Part shown: piece by piece, positions 46,536-58,995 of the stretch
Layout: each line of letters starts with the position of its first letter
Numbering within the stretch: the first letter of the stretch is position 1
Source: Selaginella moellendorffii
Taxonomy: Eukaryota > Plantae > Lycopodiophyta
Reading direction: 5' to 3'
Assembly (NCBI RefSeq): GCF_000143415.4
Contig: NW_003314297.1
Coordinates: forward strand, 1,685,880 to 1,749,879
DNA length: 64,000 nucleotides
Made by a program: the position numbers and the translations under genes
The notes under the pieces: model-generated
Told to the model about the DNA's origin: nothing
What the model saw: the letters and a program-made list of their open reading frames with translations, nothing else
Database searches by the model: none

Positions 46536-49500
46536 TTCCCATCCTCCAAGGAGGGTAGTCTCTCTAACTTAGAGACTGATTGGACCACATGTAATGGTTC
46601 TCTCCTTTTATTGATTTAGTTCTTGCTAAACCTCTTATAGACCCTTCTCTAAGTCAATCCCACTACTCCTTCTCGAGTAGTTTTAATTTCCATCTATTGA
46701 ACGTTTGCACCTTGGAACTTTTACTCTTTTGACTTTTGGAAGTCAATTTCCTAGGTGTCTCCAACACCTTGCATTGCACAGATTGTGCAATTCCACTTCC
46801 CCATCCTAGGAAGTTCGTTACTTGAGGGCACCATCATCCTCTCTTCTATTTCGTGCCACCTTGGGCACTAAGTTCCATTTATCATACTTTGTGCTAGGGC
46901 TGTCCATGGCCCTATCATTTGGCTACCTTGCCGCTCCCTCCCTTGGAGCTTCCACTTTCGCCAAATTGGAGCAATTCAGAATCCATCCTTGGAAACACAC
47001 TTCCTTTCCCGCAATTTGTTAGCGTCCAACACATTAGTGTTCCTTGCCTAACTTTGTCACTTGGATTCCTTCCAAGGGATTCCACGGCCCTATTTTGGCC
47101 ACTCATCTTTTGCTCCTATCCGTTAATTGTTGCACCAAGCAACATCGAATCTCTACCTCCCTCCTTGAGGTATTCTTTTGATTCCATAGCAAAGGCTCTA
47201 CTTTGCCAAGACTAGGGTGTTCACCCCTAGTAAGTCTCTTTAGCATCTTCTGCTGTGGGCTCTATCCACGGCCCAACTTTGTGACCCTCCCATGGGTCTC
47301 TTTAGAGACTACTTTCCTTGGACACACTATGCCATCGCAATGACATAGCTCATTTCCCTAAGGTGCTTTTCCCACTTGGTCACCTTGACCAAGCCACACC
47401 ATCATCAATAGTTCAAATCAACACTTTGAACTAGGAACCTTATTCCTTAACCCAAAGAAGGACCTTGTCCTTATTTAGCCACAAGATCACCTAGTGATCT
47501 CACCTCGGCACCTTAATAGGTTTGTTAATAGGTACTAAGTCTTCTAGACCTTTAACTTGTTAACTATGACCCCGGGGGATCCCCCACACTTGGCAGTGCG
47601 CCCAAGCCAGCCCTTCCGGCCAAGGGTCCATAGCAACTGAGACTGGGTGTCCCCATCTCATTCACCATGTCCTTGGTGCCACTTGCACCAAAGTGTTCAA
47701 GTTAGATATGCTAAGCCACACTAAGCAATCTAACCGTGCATCACGACTCCGAGGCATCCCTCGCTTGGCGGTGTGCCCAAGCCAGTCTCCACACTGAGAG
47801 TCCATGACCACCGAAAAATGAGTGTCCTCATATTCCAAACCATCACCACGCCCTAGTGAGTTGGGACTCGAACCCAAGCACTAGAGGGTCGAGACTCGAA
47901 CCCAACCTCCGTATATACATCTACGGACGACATCACCCAGGATGCCTGGTGTGACTCCCCACGCCAGTGCACCAACTTATACTCAAAGCGCGCTATAGAT
48001 CATAGCTTAGGAACCTAATTCCTCCCCACTGCTAAATCCTCTCACTTGACAAGCCTGTGATCATGCATGGACTCCTCCATGCTTGGCCCCATGGCCCACC
48101 CTTTTTGAAGTTATCACCTTCAACTAGGGTATTTGTTCCCCTGACTTGCCAATCTCGCTTTGGCAAGTCCTCTGACCACTGTAACATGGTTCTTGCACAA
48201 GCGTGAAAGCCCTTGATCATCGACTTTCGTTCAAAGCCCTCTCTTTAAACATTCGGGAACTATTTCCCTAACCTTGATAGCCTTGCCTCATGGCAAGCTT
48301 TAAAACCATGCTTCTGCTGCGCCACTCTGATTTCACGCGTTCCTTGAACCATTTACGCTTGGCTTTTCTAGGTACTAAGCTACCTAAAATCCTCTTTGGG
48401 AACCTTGAAGGAACTCTGTCCCTTAGCTTGCTAAGGCCTCCTTTTTTGCAAGCTTTCCAATTACCATATAGTCTAACATGGATAATTCCATATTTTAGAC
48501 TTTCCATGGCATCACAGTTGCTAGTGGCAACACCCTCGATCCCCCACTTGATTCTCCACTCCCAGCTGGCATAACCAACTTTGGTTATGCCCTTCGATTC
48601 CTATGGTTCAATTTTATACCTTTACTTCTTGCTTTGGCTTCACACCTTTCCTTCGGTCATTATCCTCCAGACCAGGAGGATAACTTTGCACTTTCTATCA
48701 TGCCTTAGCAAGTATTCTTAGGGATGAACCTACCCAATAGCCTAGGGAGTGGTTCCTCAATCCAGGTATGCTCACCCTATAATCCCACACACCGGGATTA
48801 CGTTGTTGCTTACGGGCCTTTGCATGCCCATCGCTAGCTTTGCCAAAATTCCATTTTTGGCTTTGTCCAATTCGAGTAGAGTCTCCGCCACTTTGGACAT
48901 TTGGATAACACCTACTATCCATCATTCGCTAGGGCCTTAGTCCCTTAGGCCTTATCTACTGCCCTCGCGACATCAAACACCACCTCCTGGTGTTCTAAAG
49001 TGTTCGGGTGTCCCAATGATGGCTTTCTTGATAATGAGTATTTCCTTTTATGACATTGACTTACTATATCGCAACATAAGCAACTTATCCCCCGTAAGGG
49101 TACGTCCAACTTCCCTATGCCATTAAGAAGGCTTGGGTATCTACCTTCTATTCGTTTAACCAATTATTTTGCACCTCTTGCTTAGTTGCCTCATAGTTGT
49201 CAAGTCCTACAACTCATTGCTGGTGCTTCCACACCTCCATCATTATCTGGGTCACCACACTCCAACTGCATGCTCTGCCGCTTAAGCTATGCCATTCCCA
49301 TTTCCATTGGGATTCCTTTGGCAAGGGGTTCTCATGAACCCACCAACATAGCCTCAAGGTATCACACCTTGGCACATTTGGTGTCTCCACACCATTGGCT
49401 TCACGAGCCTACCTTTATGACACTTCTTCTTTGTGTCTAAGTCTTTGCTAAGACCAATACCGCTCTTTCTCATGCCAACCATTTGTTAGCACTACACCAT

Positions 49501-51474
49501 AGAGGTCACACACAACTTTGTGTCAAAGTTGTTTTCTTTTTGAGAACACCTTTCCCACGACTTTAGCATGGCACATTTTGCCATCGATGAGAGACCCTCT
49601 ATTCTCATCCTTGGATCCTATGATCCCCCCCCCATCCTTCGTGGGGTACCATACACCTCAGTCCAAATGTTTCCATCAGTCCTTTTAGGACCATTCCTTG
49701 ACTCTACTTGAGTCATCCAGCAGTTTTGGACTTGGTTAATCCACAGACCCGTAAGGTCCCACTTGTGAGGCACTAGCTCACTGGAATACACTTCTTGCAT
49801 TCTTGTCCTACTCAGAAGGACTATTTTCACAAGTGTTACTCTGACACTTGTTTTTGTTCTCTGGGGCAACCTCTACCCCTTAGGACTACTTGTCCATGTG
49901 ATGAGAATACTAACTCATCTCTAAGTACACCCCCCAACTCCTTGGGTTGTTCCAGCATTTATTAAAGGTAGCCCCGGCTACCATTTCAAGGACTTGAGTC
50001 CTCTTCCGTATTTGACCTCCCACGGTCATTACTTCTGGTCTCACATTCATGAGCACCAACCTCAACTATATGAGGATAATCTTGTGACTCCCTTATTGCT
50101 TTGGAGTCTTTATCTTTCCTGTGATCCCAACTTTAGTTGTTTACCACAACTACATTGGCCATTTACTAAGTCAAACGCTCATCTGGATCACATCCTCAAC
50201 TCTCTGAGAAAAACCATATACTGTTCCGAAGATCCCAAAGTCGTTCCCTTACCGGCCCCTTTTCTATCCACCACATCGCGCCCAAGTCACGCATGAACTT
50301 GAGTGGAGAGCCATGTCCTCTCGGCATGCTACTCCTCAAGGATAAGCCCACTCCTAGGACCTTCCAATGCCAATATCAATGGTGATATACTTGAGCACCA
50401 ATAAAAGTTGGACTAAGGAACAACTCCAATACCAAGTTGTAAAAGACTAAATTTTCCATTCTACTTTAGTCACTTAACCACACCTCCAACCACTTGGAGG
50501 AATCTCATTCACAACCTCCATAAGTCCAATTCAGGACTTGGGACTTGCTAGCCCCGAGAATGGCATCCATGCCACTTAACATTTGCACTTGGCCCAAGTG
50601 CTCCACGTGTCTGATCCCATGACCGACACTCAAAGGTACCACCGACATGGCAGCTTGTTACGCTAAGGCCATGCCCAATCACCTTTGCCACACTGGTAGT
50701 CCAATACCACTTGCATCACAGTCTTGGCTCTCCAAGACTAGGCAAACCATCCGTGAGTGGTCATCTCAGATCCACTCCTTAGCATCCTTAGGATGCCCAC
50801 CGACAAGGGGAATAGCCTTCCCCAATATCCCTCTGTCAGTCCCCACTAAGTCCCTTTCTGCCCTTGGCCGTGTTTGCCAACACTGCCACTGGATCGAGGC
50901 CCACAGGCCCGACCACTAAGTCCCACGGTCCTCTGGGACTTCCTCACCACACGACTGTGTCCTTGGTCACTACCCCAGAGGACTACTCCTCTTCCTTTCT
51001 ACAGTCTGGGCCTTTGGGACAACATTTCAGAACACCATGGCCTTACGTGAGCCACTTGGGTACTCTCCCTGCCTTCCGCCCTTGGGTGCTCTAGCCATGG
51101 GCTTAGAGCGAGGTACCGTTGAGCCATGCCTGGTATCCAAGTAGGTAGTGCCACCCATACTTGGATTGAGAGCATCAACCAGTCGATCTCCCGGGGGAAC
51201 TAGAGCCGGCTCTTGAACACTTCACCAAGCTACCCCGCTTGTCGGTCCGTGTTCACTTTAGTCTTGGACTTCCCAGTGGTCAGCTCATCACCCAACACTA
51301 GGTCTGGCCTTCCTGGGCCAAACTGGCCTTTCCTGGCCAAACTGGCTCCACTGGGCTCCAACCCCCCACACTCTCCCTACTATACTTTTGGAACCCCCCA
51401 CAGCCCCCCCCCCCCCCCCCCCCCCCCGGGGGACGATCGCTTTGGGCTTTCACCCAACTGCCTGTATTAGTATT

Positions 51475-51932
51475 TGGACTCGGACTCGGACTCAGACTCG
51501 GACTCGGACTCGGTCTCGGTCCCGGATTCAAACTCAGACTCAGTCTCGGTCTTGGTCCCGGTCTCAGTTCCATCTCGGACTCCATCTCAGACTCCATCTC
51601 AGGTCCATCTTGGACTCCATCTCGGGTCCATCTCGGACTCCATCTCAAGTCCATCTCGGACTCCATCTTGGGTCCATCTTGGACTCCATCTCGGACTCCA
51701 TATCGGACTCCACTTCGGGTCCATCTTGGACTCCATATCGGACTCCATCTTGGACTCCACTTCGGACTCCATATCGGACTCCACTTCGGGTCCATCTCGG
51801 ACTCCATATCGGACTCCATCTCAGACTCCACTTCGGACTCCATATCGGACTCCACTTCGGGTCCATCTCGGACTCCACTTCGGGTCCATCTCGGACTCCA
51901 ACTCGGGTCCGCCTCGGACTCCATCTCGGACA
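51475..51932. repeat. Same tandem arrays in element C 5' LTR
   Basis: Obvious periodic sequence. Confidence 0.85.
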
Positions 51933-54900
51933 CTTCCACATGTCATGTGTTGGTCCTTTTTGGGTTCCTTTTTGGAGCCTTGCTTATTAGTTGCCTCGTG
52001 CTTGCTCCTCGAGCACTTTGTTGGGAGTTCCACTCCCGCTCTCGACCTTACAAGTCGGAGCTTTTAGTCCAAACGTGTTATGCTCGTTTGGCTTTCGCTT
52101 CGGCCACTACCACGTGGCACCCTTTCCGGCTCCACTTTGGGGCCTAGGGATTTTGTGTCTCACACAAGGAAGGAAGTCTGGATTACCATGTCAATGTAGG
52201 CTATGCCATCAAGACTTTCAGGGAGGAGCTGCCTGTTCTATTTCATGGAGATCTGAGCTATCAGATATACAGGAGAATGAAGTAAACGTAGAGTGGCTTA
52301 TCTTGTTTGGTGCAGAGAGGACATCTCTTTCAGAGATCCAGTAAACTGCTTTCACAGACTTACAAGTGTATTATACAGGTGCTCCAGCTGAATGGTAGAA
52401 TGCTTTTCAAGTTGATCTGGGTGGAAATCTTGAGTGTCTGGCAGCCTTTGGACAGCACACTATTGTGATCAGATGGTCTGTTCACGATTCCACAAGTGCC
52501 GTGGGAAGTCAGAGGTCTCTTTGACGGCATCTTTGAGTACAAACTGGACAGTAAAGGAAAGATTCATGAGCGTATATAACGTAAGGACCAATGCAATCAT
52601 GCAGAGAACCTCATGGTGTACAGCTGCGGTGATAAGCTCTCCTGGAAAAATGCATTGAAAAAAACTGGTTTACCCTTTAAAAAAAACGTTTCACCCTTAA
52701 CTGTTTTTTTGCCATGTGTTTTCAACTCCACCATTAAGCTTGAAAAGAATCTCAATTGAATATGTCGCCCTTGCTCTTTTAAATATAGAAGGACTAGCTG
52801 GGATCCCAGCTCTGTTGGGGGAGATAGTACACCAAAGCATAATAGATTACTTAAGTTACAATTTTTATTACATTCATGAACAGATTTATGGGGACACTGA
52901 ATAGCATTAGAGAGAATATATGTTGGATCTAAGAAATGCTTAAAAAGTCGTAGCAACAAACTGTTATAGATCAAAGATGAAACATTAGTTATAAACACAA
53001 TAATGGATTCATTCTTTTAAAGCAAGTTATATGATGAATATAAACCATTAGATTACAGAAAAAGAATAGTTATATATTGGAAAGAATAAGTTTCTGTTAT
53101 TGGTTGGTTAGTTGTGCAACTTTGGTTGTGTATGTATGTTGGACTTATATATAATAAAGGGTACTTTGTGGCCAACCTAGAAATAACATTTTGGAATAAG
53201 AAATTGAGAAAACTATCAATTGATGGTAATATTCATGGTGTATGGTCTAACTTCTCTTGCCTTTGATGCCAATCTTCATATCTGGCTAAATTTCTTCAAT
53301 AAGAGCTTTTGCTAGCTTTCTTTTATTTCCACTCTCTAGTTCTTTTCCTTGCATTCACTACTAGGAAATCATATTGCCCCTCTCATCAAGCATGTTATCC
53401 CTACTTTGAAGCTTTTTAGAATCTCTAGGATTTCTTATTTGCAAAAATCCTTCATTCCCTCAATTTTTAAATGTAATCATCTCCAAAGTATCATCTTGGG
53501 TGATGGACTCTATTCTTTTGTTTGAGCTTCCTGGTGGTTGGTTGGTTTGATTGGTTTGATCACTTTATGATGATTAATGATGCCCAGCATTGATATGAGT
53601 TTCCCACATATTTCAAGGGACGGCATTATAATGGTACAATGGTTTGATTGCAACCACTCATGTAAATTGGAGCTTTCTTCTTAACATATACAACTAATAT
53701 TTTAGAGTAGATCAAATTGAGAATGTTGTGCTCAATACTTTGTCAAGATTTTATGAGATTTGTGCATGCACTTGCCCCAATTACCTTTGATGATGTTCTT
53801 TACCTAGCACAATCGTATGAGACATCACCTCTCCCATTTATACTTATACATGCTTCAACTCTACTTCCCATAGGAGATGCTCTTGTTTTAATAGAGATGG
53901 ATGCTGTTGCAAGGACAAGTGTGAGGATGTGGTCTTGGCTGTGATATTTGCTGGTAAGTGTGTGATGAGGTTGGCCACATATATTAGAGTTTTCAATGTT
54001 TTCTAAATTGGCACTATCCATTTACTGGGTTAAGGTCTTGGCATTAACAACATCATATTAATACTATTGTAGTGGAAAGTTTTGACATAAAGATTTTTTA
54101 GGAACAAAGAGTCACGTAAGTAATGGAGAATCTTTGTGTGAATAAGTCAATGACCTTTCCATCCTTTTAGGAGTACAATTCACTTAACATTAGTTCATCT
54201 ATTATTCTCTTTTCAAACTCATTTTTATAACAAGAGGTCCCTTATTATTTAGTTGATATAAGTTTGAGTTTATCTTCTATTACTCAACACATATTGTCAT
54301 TTAAAGTTGCATCATGTGGTAGAGTCAGTTTTCATTCTCTATAGTAATGGTTGTACATATAAATATATCTTTTTATTTTAGATTGAAATCAAAATTATTC
54401 ATTAATAATTATTTTTAAAAAATTATTAATCATAAAAATATCAAGCACTCTACTTTGTAGAACTGTAGCCAAATAGGAATTCAGCTAGATGAATATGATG
54501 CAATTGCAAGAGAAACTCGTGAAAAGATAAGGCGAAATCCAAGGAATTCTTGCTGGTTGGTAGATGATCAAATTCTTATTGTGAGAATGAAATGGTCAGT
54601 TATATGGATTTCCAAGAAGTTTTAATGCCACATTAAACTCTCAAAGGCATTAATGTATAAACTAAACACAGTGGACATCCTTATTTAATGCAAATAGTGC
54701 ATTCAATCTATTTAACTCCTTGATAGTTTGCAAGAATAATGACATACATTTATTCAATGACAACTAATGGTGTGTTAATTTCTTGTAACCATTGAAATAA
54801 TTTATCATAGGAAACTGTGTTGACTAAGTTTTGTATATCAAGATAATCTCATATACCATGTTTTTGAATTGTCCATGAAATTGTGAGTTTCATTGCTAAA

Positions 54901-55679
54901 GCTATCATGTGGCACTCTGTTTCTTTAAATGCTATTCCAAAAGGGAGGGATCCTTTGACTTCAAAGAGTGCTAGCAACTATGCTAAGTTGGTACTTGAAC
55001 TTATATGAAACACCTATTGCTATAGGATAGAATGTGATGGGCATAAAGTGCATTAGGAAGTCATTATTTATTAATGAATATTTGTTTCATTCCTCTCTAA
55101 GAATCAACATTTGTCCCATCAACTGCACCCTTTTACTCTTTATAGTTGCAAATCTAAAAGAAAGCCCTCTTGTGCCAAGGATTCCTTCTTCCAATTAATA
55201 CATCCTTTTAGCAACACACTTGTGAGATATGTTTACCCTCTACCATAGGTTCACTTTAGTAAAAAAGAATACCTTTCCAATATAGTTTATCAACTATTAA
55301 GCTTAATTCCAGCAAGTAAAGCTAAATTGGAAAACTGTCACCAAGAATATACATTTTGAAATAGGGGCTAGATTAAAGTAAAATAAAGGAACCTCACATG
55401 AGAAGAATATCCTTGAGAAAATGAAAGAGACTATAAGCATTTGAGTTTTGATTTCTTATTTACCCATCACTCAAGTTAGTGACATGGCTTCCTAGATGTC
55501 CAAAGTTAAATATTGTCTTGAAAACCCTATCATACAAATACATTAACCTAGTAAATCCTATAGGACTTTTCTTGTAGATTTTTTCTGTTTCCAAGGTCAA
55601 ACAGTAGGAACATCAAGAATACACTTCAAGATTGAGACTTCTTCAAAAGAGCATATAATTTTTACTACAACTTACTAAT

Positions 55680-57800
55680 CATCCATCCAAGCTAATAATT
55701 TAAAACATATATTATTCATTTTTTTATATTTTAGCTTTGTGTTTTATATATGTTCTTTTATTAAAAGTGACTAATTTCCTTTCATGCAACATTAAAACCA
55801 TAATTACTTCTATCTATAAATTAAAAAAAAAATCATGTAGTTTAATTTATAGTTGTAATCTGAAATATAAAATTGTAGGCTTAAAGCGGATTATTTTAAA
55901 GTTTAAATCACTTGAAAATTTTTAATTAGAACTATTAAAAAACATTAACTAATATTATGCTGAACATAATAAAATATTGTTTTTTGTTCCTTGAATTTAT
56001 TCTCAGTGACAATTCACCTAAAATCATAATTATTTTTTATTTTTTATTTTCAAATATGACTATTTGATTTGGTTTAATTTTTTTATTGATTTAGTATATA
56101 TAAAAACTTTTTTTAATGTACTCTTCAATATCTCTTTTATCATCACAATGCCAAAATAATATAATTTTATGTTACTCTTTGAGCTAATAGCTAATGTTTT
56201 ATTTTCTTTGAAATTTTCATATAACTGGGATATTATTAAGTAATGGATTTGGTCTTTGTATAAGTATGAGATAGCCATGTCATATATGAGATATGAATGC
56301 ATAATCTTATTTTAAAGAATTAGTACAGGTTTGTCTTAAAGCTTTATATGAGCTTTATCTTTTATTTCAATATTGTATTATATCAATCCATACCTAAGGA
56401 TCAGAAAAATATCCTGTTAGTTCAAATGGTAAATCAAGTATTTTATAAAAAAAACGTTAATGGTTTCAAAAAAGAGTTAAATTATATCTGAGAAAAATAA
56501 AACTCAGCTGGTAAAGATAGAAAATTTATTTTATTTAATGTTTAAGATATTTTATAAAATAAACATATTAATACATGTAAAATCTTTCTAACCATAATAT
56601 AAGTTACCAATAGATCAAGAGTATGTTAAAACATTTTATGTTATAATATATAAATTAACTACTATGAAAAATAAATGATGAAGAGACAAATATTTGAGAA
56701 AGAAAAATTTAGAATAAGAAGAAAAAAAATTTAAAAAGAAAATTTTAAAATATTAAAACACTGGTCTATATGAACTTCTCATGAAAAGTGATTTAGCTTA
56801 AAAATTAGTAGAACATCTCCAGAATTAAATATCTAGATTGAAAACAATAAAGTTTAAAATTATAAACTACCGTACATTAGGATTATGATTAGGTAGTATC
56901 ATGCTAGAAGTTATGATTTCAAAATCTCTAAGAACCTATGAAAATTTGAAAAAAATTCTGCAAAATTGTCTTTTTCTTAAGGATTTTAAATAATATATAG
57001 CTAAAAATCTAGAAAAATTTAATTTAAATAAAAAATTACTATTAGCTTATTAACAATTCTTATTATTCAGAAATTATCTAAAGGAGAATATTATTATTAG
57101 AAAACTTAGATTATAAGAAATATTGATAAATTTTTTATAAACTTAGATCTAGCACATTACTATTTACATAATAATATTTTTATATTTTTTTCATGAAAAT
57201 ATATTTAGTATAATATAATAACATCATCAATATATAATAAAACTTAAATTTCTTTTATTTGAAATTAATATATATTGTTGTTTTGAGATTATGATTTGTG
57301 AATAAAGTGTTATTATTGATTTTTATCCTCTCAAGTTCTTCATTATTTAGATTTGACTGTTGATATTTCCATTATAAAGAACATAAAAATAAATAAATAA
57401 ACTTAGATCTAACATATTACAATATACAAGAATAATATAATGACATTTTTATATTTTTTAAAGTATAACATAATATAATTATCAAAATAAAATATAAAGT
57501 ATAAAAGTATTTCCTAATTGTATTTTTTTGAAAAACTTACAATTCACATATATATAGCTTTGATTTACATTAATTTTAAGTTTGATATTTTTTTGAGGAT
57601 TTTTATATGTGAGAATAATTTTCTTAAATCTTCAAGAGTAGAGTTTTCTACAAAAGTAATGATATTTTTGAGATATTTTTAAGAATTGCATGTTTGGAAT
57701 ATATACATCACCAGAGATTTCTCTAAATAGAAAAATATAAATTTACTTTTTTATATAAATAGTAATATGTTTTTCATAAGATTAACAGCCTTCCCTATTC
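55680..57800. other. Very AT-rich low-complexity non-coding tract
   Basis: Almost no GC and no credible ORF. Confidence 0.6.
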
Positions 57801-58995
57801 ATTCTTGCTTCAAATACCAAATCCATTATATGGTTTTTCTCTAACATCCTTCTTTAGGCCAACTATGAATGTCTTATATTTTCAATATTCAAAATTTACT
57901 ATTCTGTTATGGCTTACTACAAGGTCTCATCTTCTCTCATTTGCAATAATGTGTTAGCTTGGACTATTGAAATAGGAGATTGTGACCCTAGGATACCATT
58001 ATTTGCATGAACATACGATGTTAGTTTTTGTAGCAGTGGATTGCAACACATTTGTTAAAGACCATTTGATAATAAGATTGAAATGGTGACCTTTGTGGCC
58101 CGAACTTATGTTTCTATGCTCCCTGCCACCACAAGCCATTCTAACGAAGCTCCTGAATCTAGTGTCAAGCAATGCAACTGATGTTAGGTCTCTTCCTCTT
58201 GCAAGGATATGTGTCTGTCTAGGTATTTGCAAAGGTGATGAATCAAATTCTATTCTTCTTCCACATTTTGTCTTGGATGATTCATTTATCTGATTTCATT
58301 GTTTGAGAGTGAAGTGGCAAGAGACTGACATCTTTATGAAATATCTGCTTGTGTCATTCTGACCTTGTAAGCATTGTTTTATAGTCAAGCAAAGCCATAA
58401 AGGCTACAACAGGTACTACTATTTAACTATTTATTAGAGCAAGAAAATGTCATACTACACCTTACAGTTTCTCATTCCCTAGACATTCCTCAGATGCTGC
58501 TTGTAGAATTCCAGAAGTTGTAACTTGACTACCATAAAACATGAAAGAAGCAGCGAAAAAGTACCATTCATGTTTTAAAGGTTTTTTTCCATTATTGAAA
58601 GATATGCAGAGGAGGTTAACACTTCAGAGCCTCACAATCACCTCATAAATTTCCCTTAAAGAGATGATGTGCAGTTCTATGGTTCTTTAACAATACTTGC
58701 CAGTTTGAATCTGTCTTGAACATGTCTTCATTAGGTCCATTGGAGCAAAGGGTAAACATAAATGCAGAGTTTTCATAAATAGCGTTTCCTTCCAAAATAT
58801 AGAAGTGACAGGGATAAATTAGGATAGTGGAGGCATGAGAATACATAGGGTATCATCTTGTATGAGGTACAATTCAGTAGAATACATTTTTCTTTTTTAA
58901 TTACAGAAGTTTTGAAACTTTTACAGAATAGTTTGGATGTGGCCTAAAGAAGAAAGATTGTATGAAGGAAAGTTTGTATGAAATTGTAAATGTTT

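Larger units (their letters stand above)
43739..52164 (-). mobile_element. Element C: non-autonomous gypsy-derived LTR element (LARD-like) with ~1.7-kb LTRs
   Basis: LTRs 43739-45432 and 50438-52164 are nearly identical, TSD CAAGG at 43734-43738 and 52165-52169, degenerate PBS (TGGTATTGGAG) below 50438. The internal region has no long ORF. Confidence 0.9.
43585..52657 (+). pseudogene. DUF2358-family gene split by element C (parts 43585-43738 and 52170-~52657)
   Basis: Removing the element and one TSD gives the continuous frame EDPLVAKSKEGSLDYHVNVGYAIKTFREELPVLFHGDLSYQIYR, then DISFRDPVN.., WQPLDS.IVIRWSV, VPWEVRGLFDGIFEYKLDSKGKIHE. The 3' part has frameshifts. Confidence 0.75.

Noticed and set aside
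58000-58370. Possible WD40 gene fragment on the minus strand
   Set aside because: Similarity too weak to support by eye.
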